From a virus: DNA of 64,000 bases. The notes under the pieces are model-generated. The model ran no database searches. It was given only the letters and a program-made list of their open reading frames with translations, and was not told the origin of the DNA. The position numbers and the translations under genes were made by a program. Of this stretch, positions 40,487 to 50,216 are shown piece by piece. Position 1 is the stretch's first letter. Each line of letters opens with the position of its first letter. Location: IMG/VR virus record IMGVR_UViG_3300031758_000006. One strand, 5' to 3'.

Positions 40487-40975
40487 TTAGTAAACTAATA
40501 TACAACGGTCCATACGGATACTAGCTGAGATTCCAGCTATTTTGTCACTTGAATAATCTAGTGTTCCACCATCGTAACCAAGTAAGAACGCTCCCTCCAA
40601 AATCCACTTTTCAACCACAACTCCAGTTGGGTCTAACATTTCAAGATCAACATTCTTTTTGTAACCAGCTGCGTAACCCATACGACCTGTAACTGATTCA
40701 GCACATAAACGAATCCATTCCATAACCGCTTGTGAAGCTGAAGGTCCAATTGGATCTCTAAACTTAACGGGGATTTCTTCCCAGTTGAATCGTCCAGCTA
40801 CATATGTTGAGGTATTTAAGAACGGGATTTCAGTCGAAGCTATTTTAAGTTTCGGTCTTGAAGTACTCTCTACGTACCATTCATTGATACCTAAAGATGA
40901 TGGGAATCTAAGAATCCAACGGTTCTCACGTTTAGGTTCATAGGGTATAGGCATTTTCATTAATAAATCAGCCAT
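40487..40975 (-). CDS. Tail tube protein (T4 gp19-like)
   Basis: EPKRENRW, YVAGRFNWEEI and EWIR...GYKKNVDLEMLDPTG...W.L.GAF; downstream of the sheath gene. Confidence 0.88.
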   Translation of the reverse strand: MADLLMKMPIPYEPKRENRWILRFPSSLGINEWYVESTSRPKLKIASTEIPFLNTSTYVAGRFNWEEIPVKFRDPIGPSASQAVMEWIRLCAESVTGRMGYAAGYKKNVDLEMLDPTGVVVEKWILEGAFLLGYDGGTLDYSSDKIAGISASIRMDRCILVY

Positions 40976-41039
40976 AGTAAATTTTTTTAGTCTTGTTTAT
41001 TTTCATATAATAAATATACCAAAAAAATTTTTTATTCTA

Positions 41040-41070
41040 TTGACTTTTATTTTTTTTATTTATATAATTG
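41040..41070 (+). promoter_or_regulatory. Orphan plus-strand promoter with no downstream sense ORF
   Basis: TTGACT-N17-TATAAT (also TTG-N20-TATAATTG), pointing into the repeat cluster and antisense to the HAD gene. Confidence 0.6.
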
Positions 41071-41076
41071 CCAGCA

Positions 41077-41181
41077 AGCTAGCTTTTTATATTAATAATA
41101 ATTAGCTAGCTGCTAATAAAAGATATATAAATATAATAATTAATTAGCTAGCTGCTAATAAATTATAATAATTAATTAGCT
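41077..41181. repeat. AT-rich direct-repeat cluster with AGCTAGCT palindromes
   Basis: TAATTAGCTAGCTGCTAATAAA at 41099-41120 and 41141-41162; TATAATAATTAATTAGCT at 41132-41149 and 41164-41181; AGCTAGCT at 41077, 41104 and 41146. Confidence 0.85.
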
Positions 41182-41987
41182 TTTGCTAGGTCAATCTTAA
41201 CTTTTTTACCGTTTTTTGTGTGGTAAATACTAATATTGAAGTCCTCCCGGAAAATTTTATCTCGAATTAAATTAACATTATCTATATCATCATCTGAAAA
41301 TCCTATTGATGGTTTAATGTTAAAATCCAAATTAACGTAAGAAACAAGACTAATCCTTACTTTTTTTGATTGTTCCTCAATGTAATTTAAAAAATCATTC
41401 ATCGCTTTAACTTTACCCTCCGATGGATCCGACATTGTACCATGTAGATAAGTTATTGGGTAGAACCTACACTTATCCAAATAATCCTTAATTAACCAGT
41501 CATAATCATTATTAAATTTTGAGTTGGTTATTATATGATACCCAATTAGATTATTTATCAATTTATCCCTGTCAATTCCCTCGTATGATATATCTATAAG
41601 ATTTTTTATACCATTTTTAATTGTTTCTGGGTTGTGACCCCTAGCAGTAATAATTGAAAATATTGATCCGTTGTTTATGGCCTCAACAAAGTCTTTCCAA
41701 ATATCTGATGAAGCTATCTTAGCTTTCTTAATGTCCATCATAAATCTATCGTCACCGCCCTGTAGGAAATCCCTAAACGGTTCATTATCATACCCAACAA
41801 TTAAATTACCATTAAATTTAAATTGTCTTTTACCGATTATAGATTTCTTAAACGAGTATTCATATGTTGGCATACCAACGACACGATCATCCTTTGTTTT
41901 CAAATAAACCATTGTTGGCATTTTTAATATATTGTCATCCCAATCAAAAGCGTAATACTTCAATCCAAAATCGGTGATATTTTTCAT
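41172..41987 (-). CDS. HAD-superfamily phosphatase/nucleotidase-like protein
   Basis: Motif I AFDWDDNI, motif II IITARG, motif IV GFSDDD. Confidence 0.7.
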   Translation of the reverse strand: MKNITDFGLKYYAFDWDDNILKMPTMVYLKTKDDRVVGMPTYEYSFKKSIIGKRQFKFNGNLIVGYDNEPFRDFLQGGDDRFMMDIKKAKIASSDIWKDFVEAINNGSIFSIITARGHNPETIKNGIKNLIDISYEGIDRDKLINNLIGYHIITNSKFNNDYDWLIKDYLDKCRFYPITYLHGTMSDPSEGKVKAMNDFLNYIEEQSKKVRISLVSYVNLDFNIKPSIGFSDDDIDNVNLIRDKIFREDFNISIYHTKNGKKVKIDLAKAN

Positions 41988-42018
41988 AAATTAATTTTAA
42001 AGGTTAACAAATATAAAT

Positions 42019-42049
42019 AAAAAAAGGGAGATAATCAAATATCCCCCTT
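42019..42049 (-). terminator. Intrinsic terminator after the tail sheath gene
   Basis: Minus strand AAGGGGGATA-TTTGAT-TATCTCCCTT followed by a T-tract. Confidence 0.75.
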
Positions 42050-42072
42050 AATTTTTTTAAACTATTTGTTTT

Positions 42073-45000
42073 TTATACATCATCAAACGAAGCTCCGGTT
42101 GGTGTGATATAGAATGTTATATCAATAAACTCAAGAGATCTTGTTGGTTTAATGTATATTTTACCAGTCATCTGATTTCTATCTAAGTCAGAAGTATCTG
42201 ATGATACTGTAACTCGGAAGTCATATAAACCTCTATCTCTTCTAATTGCGTCTAAGATTGGATTTACTGAGTTTAAGAAATCTTGTCTAACTTGTTCATC
42301 GTTTTGGTCAAACAATAACCTTACAGATACCGCAGAAATCAATTTACGTGCTTGTAGTAGTAATCGTCTAACGTTAATTCTATCAAGTGCTGATTCACGT
42401 ACCTGTAAAGTTTTATTACCCCATATAACTGTACCAACATCAGCGAAGGTAGCGATTGGGTTAATTCTACCCGTATATAACACGTCTCTATCTTCTTGTG
42501 TTAATTTTTTACGAGCTTTAATTGAGTTAACAATACCTCTCGTGTAACCTGCCGCTGCGAACCATGGGAACGCTATGTTGTCAGTTAAAGCTAAGTTTCT
42601 TGTAACCTCAGCTGTAGGTGGTATGTAAATTTGTGTATTGTTTACCGTATCTCTTGTTAATACCCAAGGGTAATAAGTAGCTGTGTAATTCGAATCAAGT
42701 CCGATTAACTCAAGATTATCAACCGCTTCCTGTGGGTATATTAATCCATCCGTTCCGGTGGTTGTTGGTAAATATAAATTATAATCTGGTGTTGTTGTGA
42801 TATACAAAGAGTCCGCTCTGTCGTTCTCGATCATATCTATCGCTGACTCAACCAAATTACTATTATTTACATAATCAATACCAGGGGTAACAAATACATT
42901 AATGTTAACAGATTCTGGATTGGAGAATGTTTTAATACCTAATAGGTAAGCGTAATAATCTGTGTTAGCGAATTCAGTTGTACCATCACCAACAGAGATT
43001 TGTTTAAACGCTCCCCATCCAGATGCGTTAGGGTACCTATCACTAGGACAAGCTCCATTCAAGAATCCGGATTTACCTAAAACAAACTCATCCTTATTTG
43101 TTCTATATTCTCTATAGATATCCCAACCATCAAAACCACCTTGTACTAATAAAGTAAATTTACGAGCGTACAGTCTATAATATGGGTTTGCGGTATCTGT
43201 TGGTTCACTACTAAACGAAGCGTCACCAACATAGAATCTAGGTGTTCCACTTGTTGAGAATCCGTTTGAGATTGTAATTCCACTAGCGTTTTTATCCATG
43301 TGGAATCCTTTACTTAAATAGGACCACTCAACACCATCAATGTCACAAGAAGAACTAGGATTTCGTTTACCTTTATATTCGTAGTAACTACTGTCATACC
43401 CAAAACTATTTGAGATACCTAGATATGTTCTTCGAATATTATCACCAGGTTCTGTGGTAGCGTCATCATTACCATTAGCAAATCCAAATGGTGGGTTAAA
43501 GAAAACTTCACCAGGGAAGAAATATTTTGTTTTGATGATAGGGAATGGAGATCTAACACCATCGTACTGACGGAAATTATACCCATCAAAACCACAAGGT
43601 AGTGAATCATTAGGTGCGTCCTCATTAATCTCAATCATTATGTATTTTGAATTTAATTCGTACTCACCGTCAAGTGTACCAATTTTTTTAGCTACAAAAC
43701 TATTTTCATTTGGATTCATTGAACAGTTTGTGAACTTTTCTAAAACCACGGGGTTTGAATCCGTATCATAGTAATCCCTAACTAAAACATCAAATGTTAA
43801 ATTATTAAATGATATATTAATAATTGATATTTTTACTTGTGTATTCGCTGCGTCACCATCAGATACTGTGTAGAATTTAAATAGATTATACACTTTAGTA
43901 CCCCTCAATTCGGAAACAACCCAAGGTGAGTTAGCTGATTGATATCTATCTAAATACCACCCTATTGAATCCGAAGTTTCACTTTGAGCTGAATCTAAAG
44001 CTACTAATTCAGAATTAATACCCCTAATGTATCCTTTTCTAAAACCAAAGTTCAATAAAGATTGGAACCTCTCCTCTAAAAATACAGGAACAACACCTTT
44101 AGGTTTACCAAAGTTGTCGGTACCAAATACTTTAGTTACGTAGTTTGAGTCAGATATACTGAAAGATGTTTCAAATGTAAAGTTAGTTCCATTATCATTT
44201 GTTACATTGACAGCAAATGGTAAATATGGATTTTTGGTAGCTCCAGAATAAATCCCAGATACATTTAAAGTTACGTTATTAATGTTTGAAACTTCATAAC
44301 CTGGGTTTTCACTAGATGTATAATTTGATAAACCTCTAGATCTTAAAGTAGCGATAACTAAATCATCATACTCAGTATATGAAGTACCGGTATATGTGTA
44401 AATTACACCAATCAACGAACCAGTGTAACACTCAACAATTAGTGGAACTGGTGTAGCTGTTGGAACTGGGGTCGGAATAGGTGTAACACAAGGGTCTGGT
44501 GGTGGTGGGGGTGGTGGTACAGGTTGTGTAGTTGTTGTTGTCACAGGTGTAACATTTGTTAATCCAGTAATATATGAAAAGAATGAGAATCCTGAATACT
44601 CACCATTACCTGTATTATCAAATTGTGAATAATACCAAGGGTCGTTAAACGCTGATTCCAAATCAGTATCATTTAGTGATACATCAGGAACACCATATAC
44701 ATTTGTTTCAGCTGTAAACACAGGTGATAGTATATTATAATCCTCAGTATCAATTGATCCGAAGTAACTAATTGTTGTAGCTTCAGCTAATGACTGATCG
44801 ACAGATCCTATAACGTCATATATTAAATCATTTAAATAATCGTTTATTGATGAGGTGGACCCGTTGAATTGTTCAAACTGTAGATTTAATTTTTCTAAAA
44901 TTAAAGGATCAATTCCAGACACATCAAATGTTGATTGACCAGTTGAATTTGTACAAGCTGTAAAATTGAATGTATATCCAATTTTTTCATACTCATTACA

Positions 45001-45408
45001 AGCTGGTAAACAATCCACGATAACTGGATCGGTACAATATCTACCAATTGTGTTAGGATCAACATTAGCTTTAGTCATGATTGACCAAGATGGTCCAGCG
45101 TCATAACCAGATAAACCCAATACTCTAGTTACAAACAATTGATTTGATTGTTGTAAATAAGCTTTAGCTATATAAGCCGCTTCATATTTAGGGATTTGTG
45201 TGTTTATAAATTTTTCAGGTGTTGTACCCCCAAAGTAAGTCTGGAACTCATCGTAATTTCTAACGAATATTGGTTCAAAAGCTGGTCCTTTGATAGTTTC
45301 ACCTACGATACCTAAAGTGGTAACACCGACACTTTGAGCTACAAAACTCAAATCGACTTCAGACGTATACACTCCAGGTGATACAAATACTTTACTGTTA
45401 GTAGCCAT
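42073..45408 (-). CDS. Tail sheath protein (T4 gp18-like) with large insertions, 1111 aa
   Basis: VFVSPGVYTSEVD, AATYYPW-like TATYYPWV, PWFAAAGYTRG, RINPIATF, WGNKTLQ and RINVRRLL sheath motifs. Confidence 0.93.
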   Translation of the reverse strand: MATNSKVFVSPGVYTSEVDLSFVAQSVGVTTLGIVGETIKGPAFEPIFVRNYDEFQTYFGGTTPEKFINTQIPKYEAAYIAKAYLQQSNQLFVTRVLGLSGYDAGPSWSIMTKANVDPNTIGRYCTDPVIVDCLPACNEYEKIGYTFNFTACTNSTGQSTFDVSGIDPLILEKLNLQFEQFNGSTSSINDYLNDLIYDVIGSVDQSLAEATTISYFGSIDTEDYNILSPVFTAETNVYGVPDVSLNDTDLESAFNDPWYYSQFDNTGNGEYSGFSFFSYITGLTNVTPVTTTTTQPVPPPPPPPDPCVTPIPTPVPTATPVPLIVECYTGSLIGVIYTYTGTSYTEYDDLVIATLRSRGLSNYTSSENPGYEVSNINNVTLNVSGIYSGATKNPYLPFAVNVTNDNGTNFTFETSFSISDSNYVTKVFGTDNFGKPKGVVPVFLEERFQSLLNFGFRKGYIRGINSELVALDSAQSETSDSIGWYLDRYQSANSPWVVSELRGTKVYNLFKFYTVSDGDAANTQVKISIINISFNNLTFDVLVRDYYDTDSNPVVLEKFTNCSMNPNENSFVAKKIGTLDGEYELNSKYIMIEINEDAPNDSLPCGFDGYNFRQYDGVRSPFPIIKTKYFFPGEVFFNPPFGFANGNDDATTEPGDNIRRTYLGISNSFGYDSSYYEYKGKRNPSSSCDIDGVEWSYLSKGFHMDKNASGITISNGFSTSGTPRFYVGDASFSSEPTDTANPYYRLYARKFTLLVQGGFDGWDIYREYRTNKDEFVLGKSGFLNGACPSDRYPNASGWGAFKQISVGDGTTEFANTDYYAYLLGIKTFSNPESVNINVFVTPGIDYVNNSNLVESAIDMIENDRADSLYITTTPDYNLYLPTTTGTDGLIYPQEAVDNLELIGLDSNYTATYYPWVLTRDTVNNTQIYIPPTAEVTRNLALTDNIAFPWFAAAGYTRGIVNSIKARKKLTQEDRDVLYTGRINPIATFADVGTVIWGNKTLQVRESALDRINVRRLLLQARKLISAVSVRLLFDQNDEQVRQDFLNSVNPILDAIRRDRGLYDFRVTVSSDTSDLDRNQMTGKIYIKPTRSLEFIDITFYITPTGASFDDV

Positions 45409-45526
45409 TTTCTATTAATTGTTTATTCTTTTATTTTAATAATAAATATTGACGTTTTTTGTAAAAACTTTACTTATCAAAAAGTATTTATATATTGGTA
45501 TGATTTTTTTCTACCTTTTTTCTACC

Positions 45527-45688
45527 ATGGATAACAACAAGAAAATAAAGAACTTAAAGATATCACCAGAGGTACATTCTGTATTAAAAAAATACTGTGA
45601 TAAACGAGGTATTAAAATGTATAAGTTTTTGGAAAATTTAATAATGGAGAAGTGTAAAGATAAAAAGGATATTTACGGTGAAAATTAA
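45527..45688 (+). CDS. Small ribbon-helix-helix-like DNA-binding protein (53 aa; alternative start at 45500)
   Basis: KNLKISPEVHSVLKKYCDKRGIKMYKFLENLI fits a beta-strand plus two-helix RHH pattern. Confidence 0.6.
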   Translation: MDNNKKIKNLKISPEVHSVLKKYCDKRGIKMYKFLENLIMEKCKDKKDIYGEN

Positions 45689-46722
45689 ATTAATTCTTCA
45701 TTAAATATAATCTCAGACGGTTGTGTGTTATCTAATTTTGTAATAACAACCCTAACAAGATCCCCATTATTGATTTGAATTTCCGTAATATCGTTACCAT
45801 AAAAATCATCATTTATGAATACCTGGTAACTGTCAACATTTTTGTCACTAACATAATGTAAATTAACGACGTAATCGTAAGTCTTCTCATTAACCAAATT
45901 ACCGACCGGATAAGTAAACAAGGACGTACCTGGGGTTGGGGGGATTTCTTTTCTTATTTTTTTCCTTTTAACTTTTGTATCCGTTTCATACATTTGAAAT
46001 ACTCGTGTTAAAGCTGGTTTCACCTCAAACTCATCTTCATCAATTAAAAATCCAAGTAATGTGAAGTTGTATTTTTGAATATAGAATTTTCTTTTTTCCA
46101 TATCCATAACCGATTCGTCTTGTATGTCGTCATTAATAATTGGAATATAATGTCCTTTAATTACTTGGTACGCTTGTCTTGACGCGAACTTCTCGATAAT
46201 AATTTGATTAAATTTATTTAACTCCCTCATTCTATTACATACAATAGCTACCGTATATTTAATATCTACCGGGACTGGTTGTGGTATTTTATAAATGTCC
46301 ATCCCATGTCTTTGTCCATCCCATGTTGGAACCTGAGCGTAATAGTACATTCTTCTATTTGGTATGTTATATAGTGTAGCTGGATTGGTACCAAATTTAA
46401 CTTCCGGTGTTCTTATTACCGTTATAAATGGGGGTTCAGCGTTTTTATCTATATTTTGAAAGTCCCAAGACTCGGTAAACTGAGACCAATTCTGTGTCGT
46501 TAAAAGTATATCAACCATCGGTACAACACTACCCTCAACTACACATCTTAACTCATCACGTACAAAATCTAAAAACCCCCGATCTAAATCAGCGTGTAAT
46601 AAACTTTTTGGTAGGTAAGTACCATCCATAGAAATCATGTCAGCCATTTCATGTCTTCTAGGTAATAAAGTTTTCTTATCAATAAGATCTATATTCTTCT
46701 TTATTTTTTTAGGTAATCCCAT
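45685..46722 (-). CDS. Tail completion / terminator protein (T4 gp15-like) with a C-terminal extension
   Basis: PPFITVIR and PVPVDIKYTVAIV...RELNKFNQII; adjacent to the gp14-like gene. Confidence 0.7.
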   Translation of the reverse strand: MGLPKKIKKNIDLIDKKTLLPRRHEMADMISMDGTYLPKSLLHADLDRGFLDFVRDELRCVVEGSVVPMVDILLTTQNWSQFTESWDFQNIDKNAEPPFITVIRTPEVKFGTNPATLYNIPNRRMYYYAQVPTWDGQRHGMDIYKIPQPVPVDIKYTVAIVCNRMRELNKFNQIIIEKFASRQAYQVIKGHYIPIINDDIQDESVMDMEKRKFYIQKYNFTLLGFLIDEDEFEVKPALTRVFQMYETDTKVKRKKIRKEIPPTPGTSLFTYPVGNLVNEKTYDYVVNLHYVSDKNVDSYQVFINDDFYGNDITEIQINNGDLVRVVITKLDNTQPSEIIFNEELI

Positions 46723-46724
46723 TT

Positions 46725-47237
46725 TTACAATCCTCTAAATTCGTTAGGTCCAACAGGTGAACCAATTATTGTTCTATAGAATGGTTTATACCCCCTATAG
46801 TTATGTTTTGTGTCGGAAACAACACGACCATCATTTACCACTGTGTAATATCTAACAAAAGTCTCACTTTCATAGTACCCAATGTAATCCCCAAAACTAA
46901 TGTCAATTTCCAAATTCTCCAATGTTTTTTGATACACCGATACCGTAATATTCCCAGGTTCCATCTGATCCATTTTGGTTGTACCCAATGATTTATTCTC
47001 AGGAGCTGCTATACCGACGTAAGCGTTAAACTCAACCGGAGGTAGAAATTTTATCCCATCAGATACCGTCTCACCGTACACATCATCAGTTTTTGTTTTT
47101 GTTCTATCAATTCGATATAGTATACAGGTGAAGTTCATATCACCAACTAACCACTCCTCACCCATGGAAATTTCAAGGTCATAATCACTATCACCAAAAA
47201 ATTTTCCTAACCTTGTTATTGGAATTTTATTCGACAT
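46725..47237 (-). CDS. Neck / head-closure protein (T4 gp14-like); likely start at 47237 (MSNKIP)
   Basis: LYRIDRTKTKTDDVYGET and ISFGDYIGY...YYTV; TATTTAT motif 16 nt upstream of this start. Confidence 0.7.
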   Translation of the reverse strand: MSNKIPITRLGKFFGDSDYDLEISMGEEWLVGDMNFTCILYRIDRTKTKTDDVYGETVSDGIKFLPPVEFNAYVGIAAPENKSLGTTKMDQMEPGNITVSVYQKTLENLEIDISFGDYIGYYESETFVRYYTVVNDGRVVSDTKHNYRGYKPFYRTIIGSPVGPNEFRGL

Positions 47238-47295
47238 TGTCAACTTTTTATTGATAAATATTAAAATTTTTGTTATTTTTAAAATAAAAGGTATT

Positions 47296-49062
47296 TTGGA
47301 TATCGGACAACAACTAATAGAACACAAAGCTTTAGACTTACTCGACGTGTATTCCGGGTCGAATAATTATATATTGTTTTTAAAAAACAAAAAAGAAACA
47401 AATAAAAAATTTTACCCGACTAGAACTCAAGCTGACTACATTGTAAATTATTTTGACACCATACCAAAAGTGGCTAGAAAATGGGTTGAGTTGGATACAT
47501 ACTTCGCACAAAAATTTTCAGAGGAAAAATATCTATTAAAGGTACCAGAAAAGGTATACGTAGAGAAACTTCTTGTTGAGAAAGATAAATCGTACCATAT
47601 ATGGGCTAAATTCTTTGAGGAGGATCAACTAAGTGAGTTTTGGGTTCCAAAATCATCACTAATTAAATCACAAACCACAAAGGACGTAACTATAGATTAC
47701 TCAAAGTATTCACATAGACCACCCCTACAACATCAAAAAGAAGCGATTGAAAAACTTGTTGGGTCCAGAAGATATATTTTAGCTGACGATATGGGTCTTG
47801 GTAAAACAACATCAACCATCATCGCAGCACTTGAAACAGGATCCAAAAAGATACTGATAGTGTGTCCAGCGTCGTTAAAAATAAATTGGCAGAGAGAGAT
47901 CGAGAATTATTCAGACAGAAGTGTTTATATCTGTGAAGGTAAGAAATTTTCAACCGAACACGATTTTGTTATTGTTAACTATGACATTATAAAAAATTTC
48001 CACGATCCCAAGAATCCAAACGAGTCGTTAATTACTCAGTCAAATTTTGATTTGGTTATTATGGATGAAGCACACATGATTTCAAATACCCAAGCACAAA
48101 GAACCAAAGTTATTAATAATTTTGTGAAAGGAATTAAGTATGTTTGGTTATTGACTGGTACACCAATGACATCCAGACCTATGAATTATTATAATTTGTT
48201 ATCGATAATTGAAAGTCCGGTAGCTCAAAACTGGATGGCGTACGCCATAAGGTATTGTCAGGGATACCAATTCAGAGCTGGTAACAGGAAAGTATGGAAT
48301 GTTTCGGGAGCCTCAAACCTGGAAGAATTACGTGACCGAACATCAAAACAAGTTTTACGACGATTAAAGGAGGATGTGTTGGATTTACCTGAAAAAATAA
48401 TATCCCCAATTTATTTAAGATTAAAATCAAAAGAGTATGAGGAAGTTATGGGTGAATACTATGATTGGTATGATAAAAATCCAGACGAATCTTCATCGTT
48501 AACTGTACAGTTTTCTAAATTAATGAAGGTTAGAAAAATCATCGCGAATGAAAAAGTTAACCAAACAATTGAGATTGCTGAAAACATTATTGAACAAGGT
48601 AAGAAAGTTATTATTTTCACAAACTTTACAGACACACTCCAGTTAATACACAACCACTTCAAAAAAGAATCGGTATATCTTGACGGTAGTTGTTCAAAAC
48701 AACAAAGACAACACTCCGTTGATCAGTTCCAGGAAAATGAAAAAATAAAAGTTTTTGTTGGGAATTTAAAAGCTGCTGGTGTTGGTTTAACTTTAACATC
48801 CGCTGAGGTTGTCATAATGAACGATTTGTCATTTGTACCGGCGGAACACTCCCAAGCTGAGGACAGAGCTTACCGATACGGTCAAAAGAATAATGTCATT
48901 GTTTACTACCCCCTATTTGACAACACAATAGAAGGTATCATATATGATATATTAAATAATAAAAAACAAGTTATTAGAACCGTAATGGGTGATGGGGAAA
49001 TAGAACAAACTAGTGGTGACATGGTTGAGGAAATTTTAAATCTAATAAACAAACGTAGATAG
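47296..49062 (+). CDS. SNF2/SWI2-family (SMARCAL1/HARP-like) helicase; probable TTG start at 47296
   Basis: LADDMGLGKT, DEAH, LLTGTP, GVGLTLT and QAEDRAYRYGQ motifs. Confidence 0.88.
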   Translation: MDIGQQLIEHKALDLLDVYSGSNNYILFLKNKKETNKKFYPTRTQADYIVNYFDTIPKVARKWVELDTYFAQKFSEEKYLLKVPEKVYVEKLLVEKDKSYHIWAKFFEEDQLSEFWVPKSSLIKSQTTKDVTIDYSKYSHRPPLQHQKEAIEKLVGSRRYILADDMGLGKTTSTIIAALETGSKKILIVCPASLKINWQREIENYSDRSVYICEGKKFSTEHDFVIVNYDIIKNFHDPKNPNESLITQSNFDLVIMDEAHMISNTQAQRTKVINNFVKGIKYVWLLTGTPMTSRPMNYYNLLSIIESPVAQNWMAYAIRYCQGYQFRAGNRKVWNVSGASNLEELRDRTSKQVLRRLKEDVLDLPEKIISPIYLRLKSKEYEEVMGEYYDWYDKNPDESSSLTVQFSKLMKVRKIIANEKVNQTIEIAENIIEQGKKVIIFTNFTDTLQLIHNHFKKESVYLDGSCSKQQRQHSVDQFQENEKIKVFVGNLKAAGVGLTLTSAEVVIMNDLSFVPAEHSQAEDRAYRYGQKNNVIVYYPLFDNTIEGIIYDILNNKKQVIRTVMGDGEIEQTSGDMVEEILNLINKRR

Positions 49063-49082
49063 TCATCTTTTATTATTGGTAA

Positions 49083-49089
49083 TATTTAT
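49083..49089 (+). promoter_or_regulatory. TATTTAT upstream motif (plus-strand example)
   Basis: 5 nt before the SOD-fusion ATG; the same motif precedes about 15 genes on their coding strand. Confidence 0.6.
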
Positions 49090-49094
49090 CATTA

Positions 49095-50192
49095 ATGAAA
49101 GTTAATGTCAAACATATTAAATGTGATATGTCTTCGGAAGATAGAAAATTAACCGACGACTTTATCAGATACCTACAGAAAAAAATTCCGATTAAACGTG
49201 AAATTACCATAAATTTTGTTGGTGAAAGAATTGGTAGTATGTCAACTGGTGGTCACCACCCAGAACGAGGTATAAAAGTTCTAACAAAAAATAGATTAAA
49301 CCGGGACATATTAAGAACATTAGCTCATGAATGGGTTCACGAATACCAACGAGATGTTTTGAAACGTGAACGTGGTGAGGATATTGGTGGACAAAACGAA
49401 GACGAAGCTAACGCGTACGCTGGTCGACTGGTTAAAATGTTTGAAAGGGACTACCCACAATACGAAAATTTAGTTTATGAAAGTTTATATGGGGTTGAAA
49501 AAAAACTTAACCTAATCAGTGAACAATTAGTGATTCAGGAAAAAACAAATTTAAGATCTGAATTACTTATGGAAATGAAAAAAATTGGTATAGAAAGATT
49601 ACCATATTCATATTCATCAATGAGTCAATTTGTGGATCCAAAAACAATGGACATCCATTATAACAAACATTATAAAGGGTATGTTAAAAAACTTAATGAC
49701 GCGTTGTCCAAAAAAAACTACAAAGGTGATTTAGAATTGGAAAGTATTATTAGAACCATAAGTAAGTATAACGATACAATTAGGAACAACGCTGGGGGTG
49801 CGTTTAATCACGCGTTGTTCTGGAAAATGTTATCACCAAAGAAACAAGTACCAAAAGGTGAAGTTTACGAGAAAATCACAAAACAATACGGGAATATTAA
49901 AAAAATGAAAGATGAATTTGAATCGGTAGCTAAAGATCGATTCGGATCTGGATGGGTTTGGTTGGTATTAACCAAAACAAATAGATTGAAAATTGTATCT
50001 ACACCCAACCAAGATAACCCATTAATGAATACAGTTAAAGATGGGGGGTACCCAATTTTAGGTTTAGATTTATGGGAACACGCTTATTATTTAAAATACC
50101 AAAACAAACGTGATGAATATATTAAAAAGTTTTGGAATCACGTTAATTGGGGATTTGTTAATGAGTTATACCTTCTTAGAACAAAACAATAA
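49095..50192 (+). CDS. sodA: HExxH metallopeptidase-like domain fused to an Fe/Mn (Mn-type) superoxide dismutase
   Basis: N-terminal LRTLAHEWVHEYQ...EDEAN; C-terminal LPYSY, DIHYNKHYKGY, NNAGGAFNHALFW, FGSGWVWL, NQD and DLWEHAYY. Confidence 0.85.
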   Translation: MKVNVKHIKCDMSSEDRKLTDDFIRYLQKKIPIKREITINFVGERIGSMSTGGHHPERGIKVLTKNRLNRDILRTLAHEWVHEYQRDVLKRERGEDIGGQNEDEANAYAGRLVKMFERDYPQYENLVYESLYGVEKKLNLISEQLVIQEKTNLRSELLMEMKKIGIERLPYSYSSMSQFVDPKTMDIHYNKHYKGYVKKLNDALSKKNYKGDLELESIIRTISKYNDTIRNNAGGAFNHALFWKMLSPKKQVPKGEVYEKITKQYGNIKKMKDEFESVAKDRFGSGWVWLVLTKTNRLKIVSTPNQDNPLMNTVKDGGYPILGLDLWEHAYYLKYQNKRDEYIKKFWNHVNWGFVNELYLLRTKQ

Positions 50193-50216
50193 GATATTTA
50201 TATAAAAACAAGTATC

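Noticed and set aside
41077-41181. Possible mini-CRISPR array
   Set aside because: Only two full 22-bp repeats with a 20-bp AT-only spacer, overlapping sub-repeats, and no cas genes.
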